This document shows positions 14,529-27,712 of a stretch of DNA of 64,000 nt, piece after piece (within the stretch, counting starts at the first letter, position 1; each line of letters begins with the position of its first letter). Origin of the DNA: Octopus bimaculoides (lineage: Eukaryota); contig NC_068992.1 in NCBI RefSeq assembly GCF_001194135.2, positions 9,933,063-9,997,062 on the forward strand, given 5' to 3'. The translations under genes were made by a program, and so were the position numbers. The notes under the pieces were generated by a model that saw only the letters and a list, made by a program, of their open reading frames with translations, did no database searches and was not told the origin of the DNA.

Positions 14529-15594
14529 CTCCTCTAATGACACCTGCTATCAAAAACAAAAACAATTGCAGACAATTCATGGAACACACACATACAGACA
14601 CACACTCATACAGATCATAGTCGGGAAATGTATGTTATACAGCATTAACATATAAACAGATGTTTTTTTGTAGATTCTGAGTATGAAAATAGCGTTTGCT
14701 AGAGTTAAGCTGCAACACCAAGATAAACAAATCTCTCCATTGAAGCACTTCAAACAAACAGCAAGCTGTTGTTTTAGCATATATTTCTTAAGATATGAGC
14801 TAGTTAACATATCACTTTAAGAAGTCGGGTAAAAAACTTTTCATTGGGATTTATTTCACATCATTTGGGGTTAGAAAATACAACTAAATAAAATGAAATA
14901 TAAAAATTAAAAAATGTGTTATCAACTACATTTTCAACTTATCCAATTATTATACTCATGCTTCAACTGAAACACTGATTAAAATAGAAATATTGTCGCT
15001 GTTAGATTATAAAGCTTCAGACCATTAATTCAATTATGTAATTTACAACATGGAAACCTGAGAATGCTATATATCAAAACATGTATTGATATCCATCATC
15101 ATGATTATTGGTGCCAATGATAGTGACTAGAATAATTATGGGCCTTAAAGGATTGCACTTAGTTATTTTCCCTTTTGTTTCAATCTCAGATTGCAACCGT
15201 TTCTCTTTATCTTCAAGAGCAAGAAGGCAAGATTTACAAGGCAAACCACCAACTGAGGAATCAACAATTCATATTATATTGCTACACTGCGTGCAAGACC
15301 AAGACATTTAACTAAAAAAGCTGAATCTATGTATATGTAAATAAATATTACAGGTGGTGTAATTTGCCGCAAAAATCTCACCGTGGAACTATTGCACATT
15401 TTGAAAGGCCAACAGCGTTGGGTTCAATTCTTAATGCAGGAAAATCTACTTGTAATAAATCAGTGGTCTTATCCAGAGGGAATTCTAGCTTTCATCTACT
15501 TAATGCTGTGGAAACTGGAGTGAAGCTTATGTCTCCATATGCCATCAGAATAATCTCCTTCAAAAGAATTATTCATAGCAGCACAAGCTGGTAG

Positions 15595-15775
15595 AACCAT
15601 TAGCATGCTGCACAAAATTCTTAGCAGTATTACTTTTGGTTTTATGTTCTGAGCCCAAATTCTGTCAAGAGAAACTTTGCTTTTTTGGGGGTTGATAAAA
15701 TAAAGTACCAGTTGAGCAACCGGCCCACCCCAACCTCCCAAAATTTCAGGTCTGTGCCTATAGCAGAAAAAACCC
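15595..15775 (+). mobile_element. SINE family C copy
   Basis: gtagaaccattagcatgctgcacaaaattcttagc...gataaaataaagtaccagttgagc...aaaatttcaggtctgtgcc. Confidence 0.8.
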
Positions 15776-18700
15776 CCCAAAAACTCTTTCCTGATTCCAA
15801 CTTACATTACCAGAAGGCAACAACTCATCGGATACACTTTGCACATTTGACACATTAACTACATCTGATGCCGACACCACTACCACTGCCACCACCACCA
15901 CCACTTAACATCCTGTTCTCGAACCCTTAATAGAGAGGTTAACTCATATATTCTTTTGTGAATTTCATGGTTTTTCTGTGTTTTTGTCATTTAGCTCCAA
16001 GTTAGATATGACTGGTAAAATTTATGATTAAAAGAATTACAACCATGACCATCTCATCTACTTTTTGATGCAGTGTACACTGGGTTATGTTCTCCAAAGT
16101 AAAATCTTTACAAAATGGTAGAAATGTGCATTAAGGATTTGAGTGCTTTGTCTAGCAGGATGAGCAACCATGTGTAGACTTAGACTTCCTTATTGGCTTG
16201 AACATAAATGAGTAAATCAAAGCTGAAGGTGATTTAGAATTAGCACTCATTTGGTCATAATCATATTACTGCTAATTCATGTTGACAGTATTAATTACTG
16301 TAGAGGGAGGAGGGGAAAGTACTAGTCTAATCAACATGTCCATTTGCGGAAACGAAATTAAAAAACAAAACAAAAAAACAAAGCTGAAGCTAAATCAATT
16401 TGTGTAATGTTAATCTCAAATGCAATAAAAACATTTTATTTATAAGCCAGTGGCTAATAAACTGGCGATCTAATACATCATTTTTGAAACAGGAGGTACA
16501 TTTAAAACTAGAGTTTAACCAGTACATGTATGATGGAACATACTCAATGAACCAACTAAAAACAGCAGTTAAATTGATCTCAAATAATACTGTGTCATCT
16601 TGAAAAAGGAAGGAGATGTTGAATAATGTAGTCCTAAATACACCATAAGGAATAGAAATTTTGTTTTAAAAAAAGCAATGGTCACATCAGGAATACCTTT
16701 GATAATAAGGCTATCTTAATCAGGGCTGAATTAGAGTTAAACAACAGAAACTAAGAACATCATGCTAAAGTAATGAATCAGAGAGTAAATGGCCAAGTGG
16801 ATAGAGTAACAAACAATCAACCAAGTGGTCACTGGTTCACATCCTGTTAGCAATAATGTGTTGTGTGAGTTATCAAGACAACTAGATGCTAATAATGTAT
16901 CACAAAGAAGGTATAATCTATTGTGAGTAGTGGCAGCATTTTCGAACTCCTGAGGAAAGGGCACTGGTTTGTATTACTGAGTTCAATTCCTTCAAAAGAA
17001 AAAGCTACTTCTGATATATCATTGAAATATGGTCATGGGGTCGAGAAGCTGGCCTTGCACTCACACGGTTCTGGGTTTTGTCTCACTGCATGGTGCTTTG
17101 GGCATGTGTTTCCCATTGTGAGCCTTCAGTTAACCAAAAGCTTGAGAAGGAATTTTGACTAAAAAGATGTGGGTGAAATTTTGGCAACTACACAGTAAGT
17201 GGAATAACTACATGAAATGTTTCATTTCATGCAATTTAAACTAGTTAACTTTTGGTAAAATCATTTACAACAAAACTGGAGCTTAAGATAATTTATATTA
17301 TTTTTCTTCTTTTTCTTTTACAATCAATTCTGGATAGTAATAAATATATGCCATTATATTTTGTCATAGTCTGTTCATTTTCCCATCAATGCAAATATTA
17401 AAGATATACTTTTCTGTGGACACTGAAGTAGAAAGTCACATTACATAAAAGTCTGATAACGAAACCAGTCTGAACGCCATTTAGAAGAATAAAGTTTCTC
17501 AAAGAAATCTAATATAAAGATCAGAATATTAAAAGATACTTCAGATTATTGCATTTTTCCCAATATTTAAAAATAAAAAATAATAATATTTAAATAGTGT
17601 TTCTAAGGTTGCTGTAATATAACCAATACTAGCCTGCTGGTTTCCAGGAAGAACAGGCAGTTTAACCTAATGCAAACTGAAAGCACACACACACACAAGT
17701 ATGAGAGAACGGACATTAAAATGATATATTGAAGAAAACAATTATTGAGAACGAAAGAATGGAAGCAATAAACTCTGGAACGATAAGAAAAAGAAATCCA
17801 TGGAAATTGAAGTCAAAGTCAAAGCCGAATAATATGAAATGAAAAGGAAAGAATAATCTCTCTCTCTCTCTCTTTCTCTAGAAGCTACTGATTCCGATAA
17901 CAAACAACAGTTTAAACAATAATGCAAATTATATCATGTTCTAGTTTCAATTTATCTTCTTTTTCTTTTTATGATATGATAAGGAAAATATACCCAAAAG
18001 AAGTCTAAAAACAGATCATTTTTTAAAAGTATATTTAGATTAAATAAAGTTACAGTGACTTTTTGAACCATAACTAAAAGTGACGGCCTCCAATATCAAC
18101 CAAAATCTCCCTCAAAGCAAACCCTTTCCATCTTAAAGAAAGATACACTGAGTAATGTACTCTTAGAATGGAATGTTTTTGACAATACGTCTGATTAATC
18201 CATGTCTGACCTGCGACTAAACAACTATAATGAAGACTGTTAGTTTATTATAACACTCAAAACCTCAGCCAACATAGGTCAAAAATCAAAATGAACCAAA
18301 GCATAGTACTAATCTAATAGTGATTAGTAACCAATAATTTCACATTATGCAAGGTCAATGCATTAAGATAGCAAAGTGTCATGCAGTGGGATTGAACTAG
18401 AATCACATGGTTGCAAAACAAACTTTTTAATACTGTGCCTACAGTTTATAAGCATAATTTATTTAAGAAAAATATCATTGACACCTTTTGAGATTTGCTG
18501 TTCATGTTTATATTTAGACAACTTTTCTAGTGTTGGTGTCATGATAATTGAATGCAAGATGTTCTATCAATAACTGAGCTAAAGCCTGGGCCAACAAATT
18601 GATCCTTCATTGATCAACAACTGAACTATTTACAAACTGAATTATAATGTAAGTGGTTTTAGTATTCCACAGATAAACACCCTTCATGTAATCCTCAGGC

Positions 18701-19204
18701 AAAATCAGTGTGGGACAGGATAACAAACCTAGCCCTTTAATATACCAGAATATACCAGGTACAGCCCTCTGGTGGACTTTCAGGCAGTTTCTGTTTATTC
18801 AATTCCATTCACAAGTATTTGATCTACTTGAGGTCCTAATTTGCACAAGATGCCATGCAATAAAATTGATCCCAAGACCTTGTAATTATAAAAAGAATTT
18901 CTTATCCACTCAGTTTTACCTGCACTTAAACGTATAAAGCAGCACTTAAATTCATAATAAATGCAGTGTTACAGTTCACCTGGATAAAAATGGCTGTAGA
19001 TGTCTGGACTAAATACTTAACCATATTTAATTTTGTCCCTTTATATTCTGAGTTCATATCTCATTAGGTGTCGCTCAGCATTTCAGTGGTCAGCAAATAC
19101 CAGTCATCTACTAGATCAATTCAATAAACTATACATAGCTTTCCCTTACAAATTCAGGGCTCTGTACCAGTATAAAGAAAAAATACCATTAATATTATTA
19201 AGGG

Positions 19205-19420
19205 AGCTTAAAGCAGTGAGCTGGTAGAATCAGTGGAGCATCATACACTAAATGCCTCACAATATTATTTCTTGCTACTCTTTATGTTCTGATTTTGATG
19301 CCAACAGGGATCAACTTTGCTTCTGATAAAAATGAAGTACCAGTCAAGTACTGGGATTAATGTAATTGCTTACTCCCCTTCCCTTAAGACTGCCAGCCTT
19401 GTGTTGAAACCAGAAACCAC
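19205..19420 (+). mobile_element. SINE family C, decayed copy
   Basis: gagctggtagaatcagtggagcatc...gatcaactttgcttctgataaaaatgaagtaccag...gccttgtgttgaaaccagaaacc. Confidence 0.65.
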
Positions 19421-21084
19421 AGCGAAGGCAGCTGGATTGGTAGACACTGTAAACTGTCAGACTAAATGGTGTTGCATACTTAGTTATACATCTTTATGAT
19501 CCAAGTTCAGAACATAACATTAAGAAATCATTATTTTTATTTCTTCAATGATTAATAGAAAGGTTTTATGAAACGATTTTGAAGCGTGGATAGGAGAACG
19601 ACATTCAATATCCAAATACATTATAGAATATTTCTATAAATAACTGAAAGCAGAGAGCAGGTAATATCAAAATCAATAACAAGATCTCCAACTGTTACTC
19701 AGTTTGGTTTATAAAAATATCTTCAGTGTAAATATGTGATGTGTATAGAAGTGACTGTAAGAATTATTTTGGAGAAGATTTACTATCAAATTCAGTTTGA
19801 TTCTTCAGTAGAGTGAACCTATAAGAGGTGCATGTAATGAATAGAAACATGCACACATATGCATGCACACACACACTACCAGGTGTTCCATAGGTAAGTC
19901 AGTATCCAAACATCTGTATAATGTAAATGCTGTTTTAACTATGGGACAGCTGTGTGTATGTGTGCATGCATGCAAAACAATCCAATTTTGTGTAGCTGAA
20001 TAATATTGATTTTTGCACATAGGCACACGGGCAATTTTATAAGGTATAGTGAGTGTAGTCGATTGAATCAAACCATTATAATACTGGTTCTTTGGATAAA
20101 TAGTAAGGTTTATAAAACAGGAAGTGAAAGGAAAAAATAAAATAATAATCAATGATCCAGGGATGTGTGTTACAAAATAAATTGAGCTAAGGGAAACAAC
20201 TCAATTTGGCCAATGCCATTTTAGTTGACGGGGTGATGAACTGAATGATGCATGGAAACATTTCTCAATTAATTGAAATGTACCTCTTAGTTAGAAAAAG
20301 AAAACAAAAGTCTAGCAAGAATTATTACTGACTGCAAGAGTTGCAGTCAATAACAATTAAGTCCTTTTATTTTTTTCCCCCAATAACTAACATACATACA
20401 TGTGTGTATGTGTGTGTGTATGTGAGGGTAGAGGTGATTAGGAAAACGCAGAGGTATTTCAATTAAGAATTTTTATTTTTTCTTCTTACATACAGTATTC
20501 AGTACATTTCCTATTAACTTAAATATCTAAATTTATGCCATTGGTCCATTTGAGTTATTTTCCTAGATTCATTTTTTTAATGATGCAAGTTATACTGGTC
20601 AAAATTATTCATAGCACATTCTGTATGTAAAAATCTGAACTGCTTGTCAACTTCAGTTAGACTATAGTATCTTGGTGAGGTCTAATAGACTGAAACATGT
20701 CCAGAGTTGTCCCTTGCTTGTAGACAAATATCAAGCTTCCTATCCAACTTTTTCTATGCTCTAGGAAATATTTGATAAATGTTCAAAGTTCTTATTAAGT
20801 AATGTTCTATTTGAAGATGAAAACATCAATGTTAAAATTATTTTCCTTACACCCTGGTGCAGCTTGTAGAGTGATTGATGAGCAGAGGAAAAGTAGATTC
20901 GAGAGGCCTCTTTAGTCCTGTCTTGCTAAGGACTTGACAACCTCACTAATGTGGGTGCCAGGAAAATGTAGCTAGTTCACACTGCAAAATGAATGGTAAA
21001 TGAGCAGAGGAAACTAGAGTTAAGATGTCCCTTAAGTCCTATTTCAATGAGAACTTAACCTCTGTAGTGCCTCTAAAATATACC

Positions 21085-21295
21085 CAGTATACTCTGTGAA
21101 GTGGTTAGTGACAAGAAGGGCATCTAGCCATAGGAATCGAATCAACGTGACGTGGATACCAGTCTGTGAGAGCAGTGTCTCCTAATAAGAACTGGTTTGC
21201 ACCATGACGACACATCTGACTCATGTCAGCATGGAAAGCAGATGTGAAATGATGACGACGACAACGACAAAGATGATGACGACGACGACGATGAT
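21085..21295 (+). mobile_element. Family B, decayed copy
   Basis: tactctgtgaagtggttagtgacaagaagggcatctagcc...agcatggaaagcagatgtgaaatgatgacgacg. Confidence 0.65.
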
Positions 21296-23327
21296 GATAA
21301 ACGACACGCAGTACTGTCGAATAATAATAGTTAATGATTTTATTCTGAAAAGCTATTTCAATAAAGTATATACTTTACCCTCTTCGTTGCAACCCCTGGT
21401 ATATCATCTTACATTCCAGATCAGGAACCCCCTGCTCTACACATAAATTAACTGAAATTATTTTTCTTCTGGAGACTCGTTAACAATTGCCACTGGGGTT
21501 TATTTTGGGGTGTGGGAAGGAGAGGAGGGGGGTGTATAATTTCTCCATCTCAGCCGGCTATCTCAATTAACTAGAATTTTTTTTTTTTTTTTTCTTTGTG
21601 AAAATGATACTATTAAGAGAGGCAACAAACACATTTGCTGCATTACATTATTTCCAGCTAGTCCGGCGCTCTCCAAACTGTCTATCTCAGCTCAGTGAGC
21701 TGTGTTTGTAGCTAGAAAATATTACGTCGTTAGTTAAGCCAGCCAGTGCAACAGTGTTGGCACCAATAGCAGCAACATCACCAGGCTGCAATGAAATAAT
21801 ACCACCACCACTACTACTACTACCACTACAACTACTGATTGTTATAGAAATAACGTTAATCTTTGCTCAAGTCAATAACAGATCTAAAAGTTAACAAGCG
21901 TAGCGGCGGTCGTTGTGATTAACAAACGAAGGAAAATAGACGAAGATTACGCCTTAGAAAGAGGTTTATTTTAAATGATAATTACAGATATACAAGTAAA
22001 TAACTGAACAAATAAAATGTATAGCCCAAGTTCTTAAATTTCAAAATAAAATGCACAAAACGAAAATTACTTTTCGCTTGGAGGAACTTCTCTCGGAGAG
22101 CAGACCGCTCACAGCAATGCTTAGAAAGGTTTATATTTAAAACTATTATTTCTCATTATAACATCAATCAACGCAACTACATTATACACAAATGTGAATT
22201 AAAACAATGCTTAGCTAGCCACACTACAGTTTTAAAACCATTTACTCTATGCCACACCAAGCTAAAGAGAGACCTCTAAGTGGCCGCACTATCTGCTAGA
22301 AATAGCAGCTAAATTCCCCTCGTAAAGAAGAACAGGATCATTAAATAGAGGGAGGGGGTAAACTACTACTAGTTTGATCAGATACTGTTGTGTACAAGAC
22401 TGCATACTAAAAATAGTAATTATTATTATTTATTATTAACATTGTTGCATTGCCGAGAACTGGGTCTTCGGAGTTGCATTCATAGCAAATAAACTGCATT
22501 CTCCATCAGTGTCAGTCAGATAACTCCTTTCACAAAACCCAATACACGGTATCACAGAACCAACGAGATGTGAGTCGAGATCGCTCTACCTGCTGGAAAC
22601 AATAGCAGAATTTCCATCAAATCACAGCCTACCAATAAAAAAAAAAATTAAAAAATATAAAAAAAGGCGTATCGAATAACAGTTCTGGATATACAAAAAG
22701 ATGTGAAGGAATGCAACCATAATTCAGTTTGACAAGACTTAACAACTGCACCATACACAACATTCCCGCTATTCATCTTATTAAAGAAACAGTTTACAAC
22801 AGGCTGCCTATGTATTTGAACATTTTTTTAAAAATAAAATTCAATAGACATAATTCTTTCAGTTAACAGTTGGGATCATCCATAACTTAAGATCAATCCC
22901 TAATTGGAGAAGCTATTCTGGTATTCACAGGTCCAACTTGTTGGTTACTGACCTCACCCTGCACGAACGCTCTTGTAACACTGCTTAAATAATGCAGCAA
23001 AACGAAACAAAAGACCTGCAAGGTGCTTTGTCTTTTCGAGACAATGATTAATAAATAGATCTATCTCTCTCGTTCTTCCCTAGTCAATGTTAATAATAAA
23101 AGATCTACTTCACACTTCCTATCCCATATACGTGTATCAGACGTGATAAAAATTAATAAATAGAGATAAAATAAGGCCGTACGTTTATTTAATTTTATTT
23201 TCTCCTACGAGAACAGTATTTAAAAGGGAGAGCTGTAGTGATGCTTTGGTGTAGAGTTAACAGAAACCAATACGTTATTGCCAAGGACCGTGGCACAATT
23301 GAGGGTAAATACACTCAACACCACAAT

Positions 23328-23497
23328 ATTTTGGCACAAGGCCAGAAATTTTCAAGGGAGAGGGTAAGTCAATTACATCGACCCCAGTTGCTCAACTGGT
23401 ACTTATTTTATCGACCCCTAGAGGAGGAAAGGCAGAGACGAATTCAGAGGCATTTGACAAACCCAGAACGTAAAATCGGCAAAAATGCCGCATACCG
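23328..23497 (-). mobile_element. SINE family C (tRNA-like head; gtcgactttgcctttcatcc body)
   Basis: ttttggcacaaggccagaaatttt...tacatcgacccc...tggtacttattttatcgaccc. Confidence 0.8.
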
Positions 23498-23500
23498 AAA

Positions 23501-23542
<42 letters not shown>

Positions 23543-23619
23543 GATATCACTCGAATTTCACCGTCTTCTCAATCTGAAATCCAAATGACTATAGCTTATT
23601 TGATATGAGTGTGGTGGTT

Positions 23620-23654
<35 letters not shown>

Positions 23655-23726
23655 GCAACATCAAAGACCTAGTCCTGTCTTTGGTGATGCACAAACACTG
23701 CCACTACTACTACAAACAATAATAAT

Positions 23727-23900
23727 GGTTTCAAATTTTGGCACACGACCTGCAATTTCGGGGGAGGGAGTAAGTTGGTCACATCGACCCCTAGTCCCAG
23801 GGCTCGACTTGTACTTTGTCAATTCCGAAAGGATAAAAGGCAAAGTCGATCTTGGCGGAATTTGAACTCGGACCGTAGAGACGGGCAAAATGCCACTAAT
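23727..23900 (-). mobile_element. SINE family C, CpG-retaining copy
   Basis: tttcaaattttggcacacgacctgcaatttcgggggg...aaggcaaagtcgatcttggcggaatttgaactcgg. Confidence 0.85.
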
Positions 23901-24499
23901 AATTTTTCTCCGATTAACGTTTCTGCCTTTAATAATAATAAAAATAATAATTTTTGTAATCTTGGAACATAGCCATCCATTTTGAAAGAGTGTAATCGAT
24001 TTAAATGACACTAGTACTTCACAAGTACCTGTTCTAACGTCTGCAGTGGTTAAGTCGATCTTGGCTGGATTCGAACCCAGATACTAAGGGGCTGCAACTA
24101 CATAGTGCGAGGCATTTATAATTACTGTTATGATAAATTATTACTATCATTATTAACAGTAATATAGATTTCTAGCACAGGCACAAGGCAACACATTATA
24201 TCGACCCCTATACTTGACTGCTACTTACTTTATCGATCTCAGCGGAGAAGGCAAAGTCGACCCTGGCAGAAACTGAATAACAATTATTCTCTCTCTCTCT
24301 CTCAGTCAAAACCAACAACAGCTTGTTCTTTTAACGTCAAATTAACCGCAACATATTGACAGAATAATTAACGTTGATTGTGTACCATCAGTTTATAGTT
24401 CTAGCAAACTGTTGAATAGCCGACAATATGCTGCTATATGGCAAAAATAGAACACACACACACACGAACTTAAGGTACCCATTTACAGGGACTAAATTT

Positions 24500-25398
24500 T
24501 CAGAAAACTTCGGTTCACTGGGCTCTACAGACCACCCCAAACACCACTACTGTGTTTCACAGAATGTCTCATGAATATTCTTTCTTTGAAAAATGCCAAT
24601 CTGATCATGTTTTGATAATGGGTGACTTTTCATTTCCTCTGTGTTGACTGGTCTACTCACATCTTGAAGACAGGTGCGTGCATTTCAACCCCAGAGAAAG
24701 CAGTAATGAAATCGCTTTTCGAATTCATGAAGGAAAATTTCCTGTCCCAATTCGTGCTTGTGGCAACGAGATACAACAAAAACACATTAGAGTTACTGTT
24801 TAGAAATCACACTAACACTATTCATAATATTACAGTAGAAAAACACTCACCTATCCGACCACGATATGATTATCTGTAGTTTGAGAAATCGGCAAGCAAA
24901 TGCGACGGAGTACGATCTCGCCCCAGAACACCCTTTTGACCTCCTAGATCTACACAATGTTCACTGGAAGGCAATCACCTACGATGTTTCAATCATTGAT
25001 TGGTCTTTCATTCACTCTCTCACCCTAAGCAGCATCAGTACGTCCTGGCAGTTATTTATTCACACCACAATCTACAGCAGTCCACGACCATAATAGAACA
25101 GAAGAGTACCTATGAGGTAAATAAAAAGGACTAATCGAAAAACCAACCAACCAAGTTACTGCCAGCTGTAACACCTGCACTTGACAGATATAACTTTGTT
25201 GGAATCAAAGAAATATCATCTCCAGACCTACATGAAGACTATCACCGATAGTCTAAGAACAAAAGAGAAACGGACCACTGAGAAAATAAAAGTCAATCCC
25301 AAAGTGTTATTTGCGTTCGCCAAAGATCGCTGCCTCATCTGTTAGAGCTCTGGTAGATGAAGAGGACACTCTAGACAGTGGTGTAGAAGATATAGTTT
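24500..25398 (+). mobile_element. Decayed CR1/L2-like LINE fragment (endonuclease to pre-RT linker)
   Basis: Frameshifted motifs GLYRPP, IMGDF, VDWS, FMKENFLSQFV..ATRYNKNTLELLF and KIKVNPKVLFAFAK. Confidence 0.75.
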
Positions 25399-26006
25399 TG
25401 TAGTGAAACCTCTCTCTCGGCCATTCAATCATAAATGATAACGAAACTGCTAACATCTAGCCTTCGGCTACCTTGGACCTTTCTGTCCACCATCCTGATT
25501 GGTTCTTATTTTGCGCGGCAATTGTCCCCATGTTCTGCTTGCTAAGGGGGCATTACATCCAATCGTGGCTTTGAGATAAAGTCACGTGATAGAGAGTTTT
25601 ACTGGGTTTCCGGTGAGCCTTTTTTCGCCTATAAATAAGCCCGGTCCAACGACGGCAATTGTCTTCGATTTCAGATTTCTCACAGGTCTGGTCGTTGACC
25701 ACAAACATACAGAACACAGCTACAGCCAGTTCCAGCGCCGACGTCTACACCACCAATGCATTGTCTACCATTGTCGTCGCCAGCAACACCAACAAGCTCG
25801 GTTTTATCTTCGCTGTATGAGTGGAGTTTCCACTCACGAACAACAGTCAGAACTAACCAGCAAGAATATACTATACCAGGTAACACAGGTCCCAGCGTTC
25901 GACGCTCAACACACATAGTGTGATACTACAGCTCTGCTCCTTGACCACAACTTCCTGGGTATGAACATTCTATCTCCTTGTGTAACTCTAATACGAACTG
26001 GTATTT
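25399..26006 (+). mobile_element. Probable LTR (solo or 5' LTR) running into an assembly gap
   Basis: Starts TGTAGTG exactly where the LINE homology stops. Contains GATTGG/CCAAT boxes, GTCACGTGA (25581-25589) and TATAAATA (25630-25637), then CpG-rich sequence. The 3' end is hidden in the gap. Confidence 0.5.
25495..25640 (+). promoter_or_regulatory. Pol II promoter-like cluster (CCAAT x2, E-box, TATA)
   Basis: ctgATTGG at about 25496, atCCAATc at about 25557, GTCACGTGA at 25581, cTATAAATAag at 25630, in promoter-like order. Confidence 0.45.
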
Positions 26007-26928
26007 NNNNNNNNNNNNNNNNNNNNNNNNNNNNNNNNNNNNNNNNNNNNNNNNNNNNNNNNNNNNNNNNNNNNNNNNNNNNNNNNNNNNNNNNNNNNNN
26101 NNNNNNNNNNNNNNNNNNNNNNNNNNNNNNNNNNNNNNNNNNNNNNNNNNNNNNNNNNNNNNNNNNNNNNNNNNNNNNNNNNNNNNNNNNNNNNNNNNNN
26201 NNNNNNNNNNNNNNNNNNNNNNNNNNNNNNNNNNNNNNNNNNNNNNNNNNNNNNNNNNNNNNNNNNNNNNNNNNNNNNNNNNNNNNNNNNNNNNNNNNNN
26301 NNNNNNNNNNNNNNNNNNNNNNNNNNNNNNNNNNNNNNNNNNNNNNNNNNNNNNNNNNNNNNNNNNNNNNNNNNNNNNNNNNNNNNNNNNNNNNNNNNNN
26401 NNNNNNNNNNNNNNNNNNNNNNNNNNNNNNNNNNNNNNNNNNNNNNNNNNNNNNNNNNNNNNNNNNNNNNNNNNNNNNNNNNNNNNNNNNNNNNNNNNNN
26501 NNNNNNNNNNNNNNNNNNNNNNNNNNNNNNNNNNNNNNNNNNNNNNNNNNNNNNNNNNNNNNNNNNNNNNNNNNNNNNNNNNNNNNNNNNNNNNNNNNNN
26601 NNNNNNNNNNNNNNNNNNNNNNNNNNNNNNNNNNNNNNNNNNNNNNNNNNNNNNNNNNNNNNNNNNNNNNNNNNNNNNNNNNNNNNNNNNNNNNNNNNNN
26701 NNNNNNNNNNNNNNNNNNNNNNNNNNNNNNNNNNNNNNNNNNNNNNNNNNNNNNNNNNNNNNNNNNNNNNNNNNNNNNNNNNNNNNNNNNNNNNNNNNNN
26801 NNNNNNNNNNNNNNNNNNNNNNNNNNNNNNNNNNNNNNNNNNNNNNNNNNNNNNNNNNNNNNNNNNNNNNNNNNNNNNNNNNNNNNNNNNNNNNNNNNNN
26901 NNNNNNNNNNNNNNNNNNNNNNNNNNNT
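26007..26928. other. Assembly gap (N). Other gaps: 6754-6822, 9959-10350, 13510-13519, about 28675-28684, 53970-54309, 56920-57130
   Basis: Runs of n. Confidence 1.
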
Positions 26929-27107
26929 CTATGCATATAGTATTTACTATGTAGAATCCGAATATACAAAATTTTCCGGTGAAAGTGTTTTGGAATGGGG
27001 GTGGGGGACAATTTTCGGAAATTCCAACAGAGTCCACTTAAATTCTTCTTGACTTCCAGGAAAATTTTGTATATTCGGATTCTACATAGTAAATACTATA
27101 TGCATAG
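26929..27107. repeat. Perfect 49-bp inverted repeat with 81-bp spacer at a gap edge
   Basis: 26929-26977 ctatgcatatagtatttactatgtagaatccgaatatacaaaattttcc is the exact reverse complement of 27059-27107. Confidence 0.95.
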
Positions 27108-27435
27108 AAAATTTCATTAAAAAATATTCATTTTTCTGAAAGTTATGACCTCCCAAAGTCTGGGGGGTAAAACCCTGTAGTTATGCCAAATATCTTTTCC
27201 ACGTGGTGTTAGACATGGCCTGGACCAATTCTGACCGAAACTTACCTAAGTATGATCTTATAGCAGTTATCTCTCTTGCTTGTTTTTTCTAGTTTTAAAT
27301 GCTTCTAAAGGGAGATTTTGTCAATTAATTACACAGATAATATCAGTTATATCACATATATGACTATATTCTAGCTATATTACATATAACATTATGAGAC
27401 CCTAACGGAAGCGAGGTGACTGGTCAGTTTGGTTG

Positions 27436-27679
27436 GAGTTCTCAATCGGGATCCGTATGACCCTTGGGGGTCTACATAAGATTTTGTTGCTAAAATTTAT
27501 GTGCAATAAACTGGTTATACTTCTGCAATGCACACATTAAAAAAATGATACAGTTTCTAATAGTATTTAATTATAAAACTATAATTGGATTTTTTTTTAA
27601 ACATCGAATAGCTATGGTGGTCCTGCTGAGTAAAATAGGAATCAGAGAGGCCCATAGGTGAAGAAAGGGTTGAGAACCC
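27436..27679. mobile_element. hAT (Charlie-like) MITE remnant
   Basis: Terminal inverted motifs GTTCTCAATC (27438) and GGTTGAGAAC (27668-27677), of the CAGTGGTTCTCAACC type. Confidence 0.5.
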
Positions 27680-27712
27680 GAATTCTAACTCATTCTACCC
27701 CAACAATAATTC

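Noticed and set aside
15805-15900. Open frame DVVNVSNVQSVSDELLPSG with a donor-like end
   Set aside because: Acceptor lies in a (GTG)n repeat with no pyrimidine tract; likely chance.
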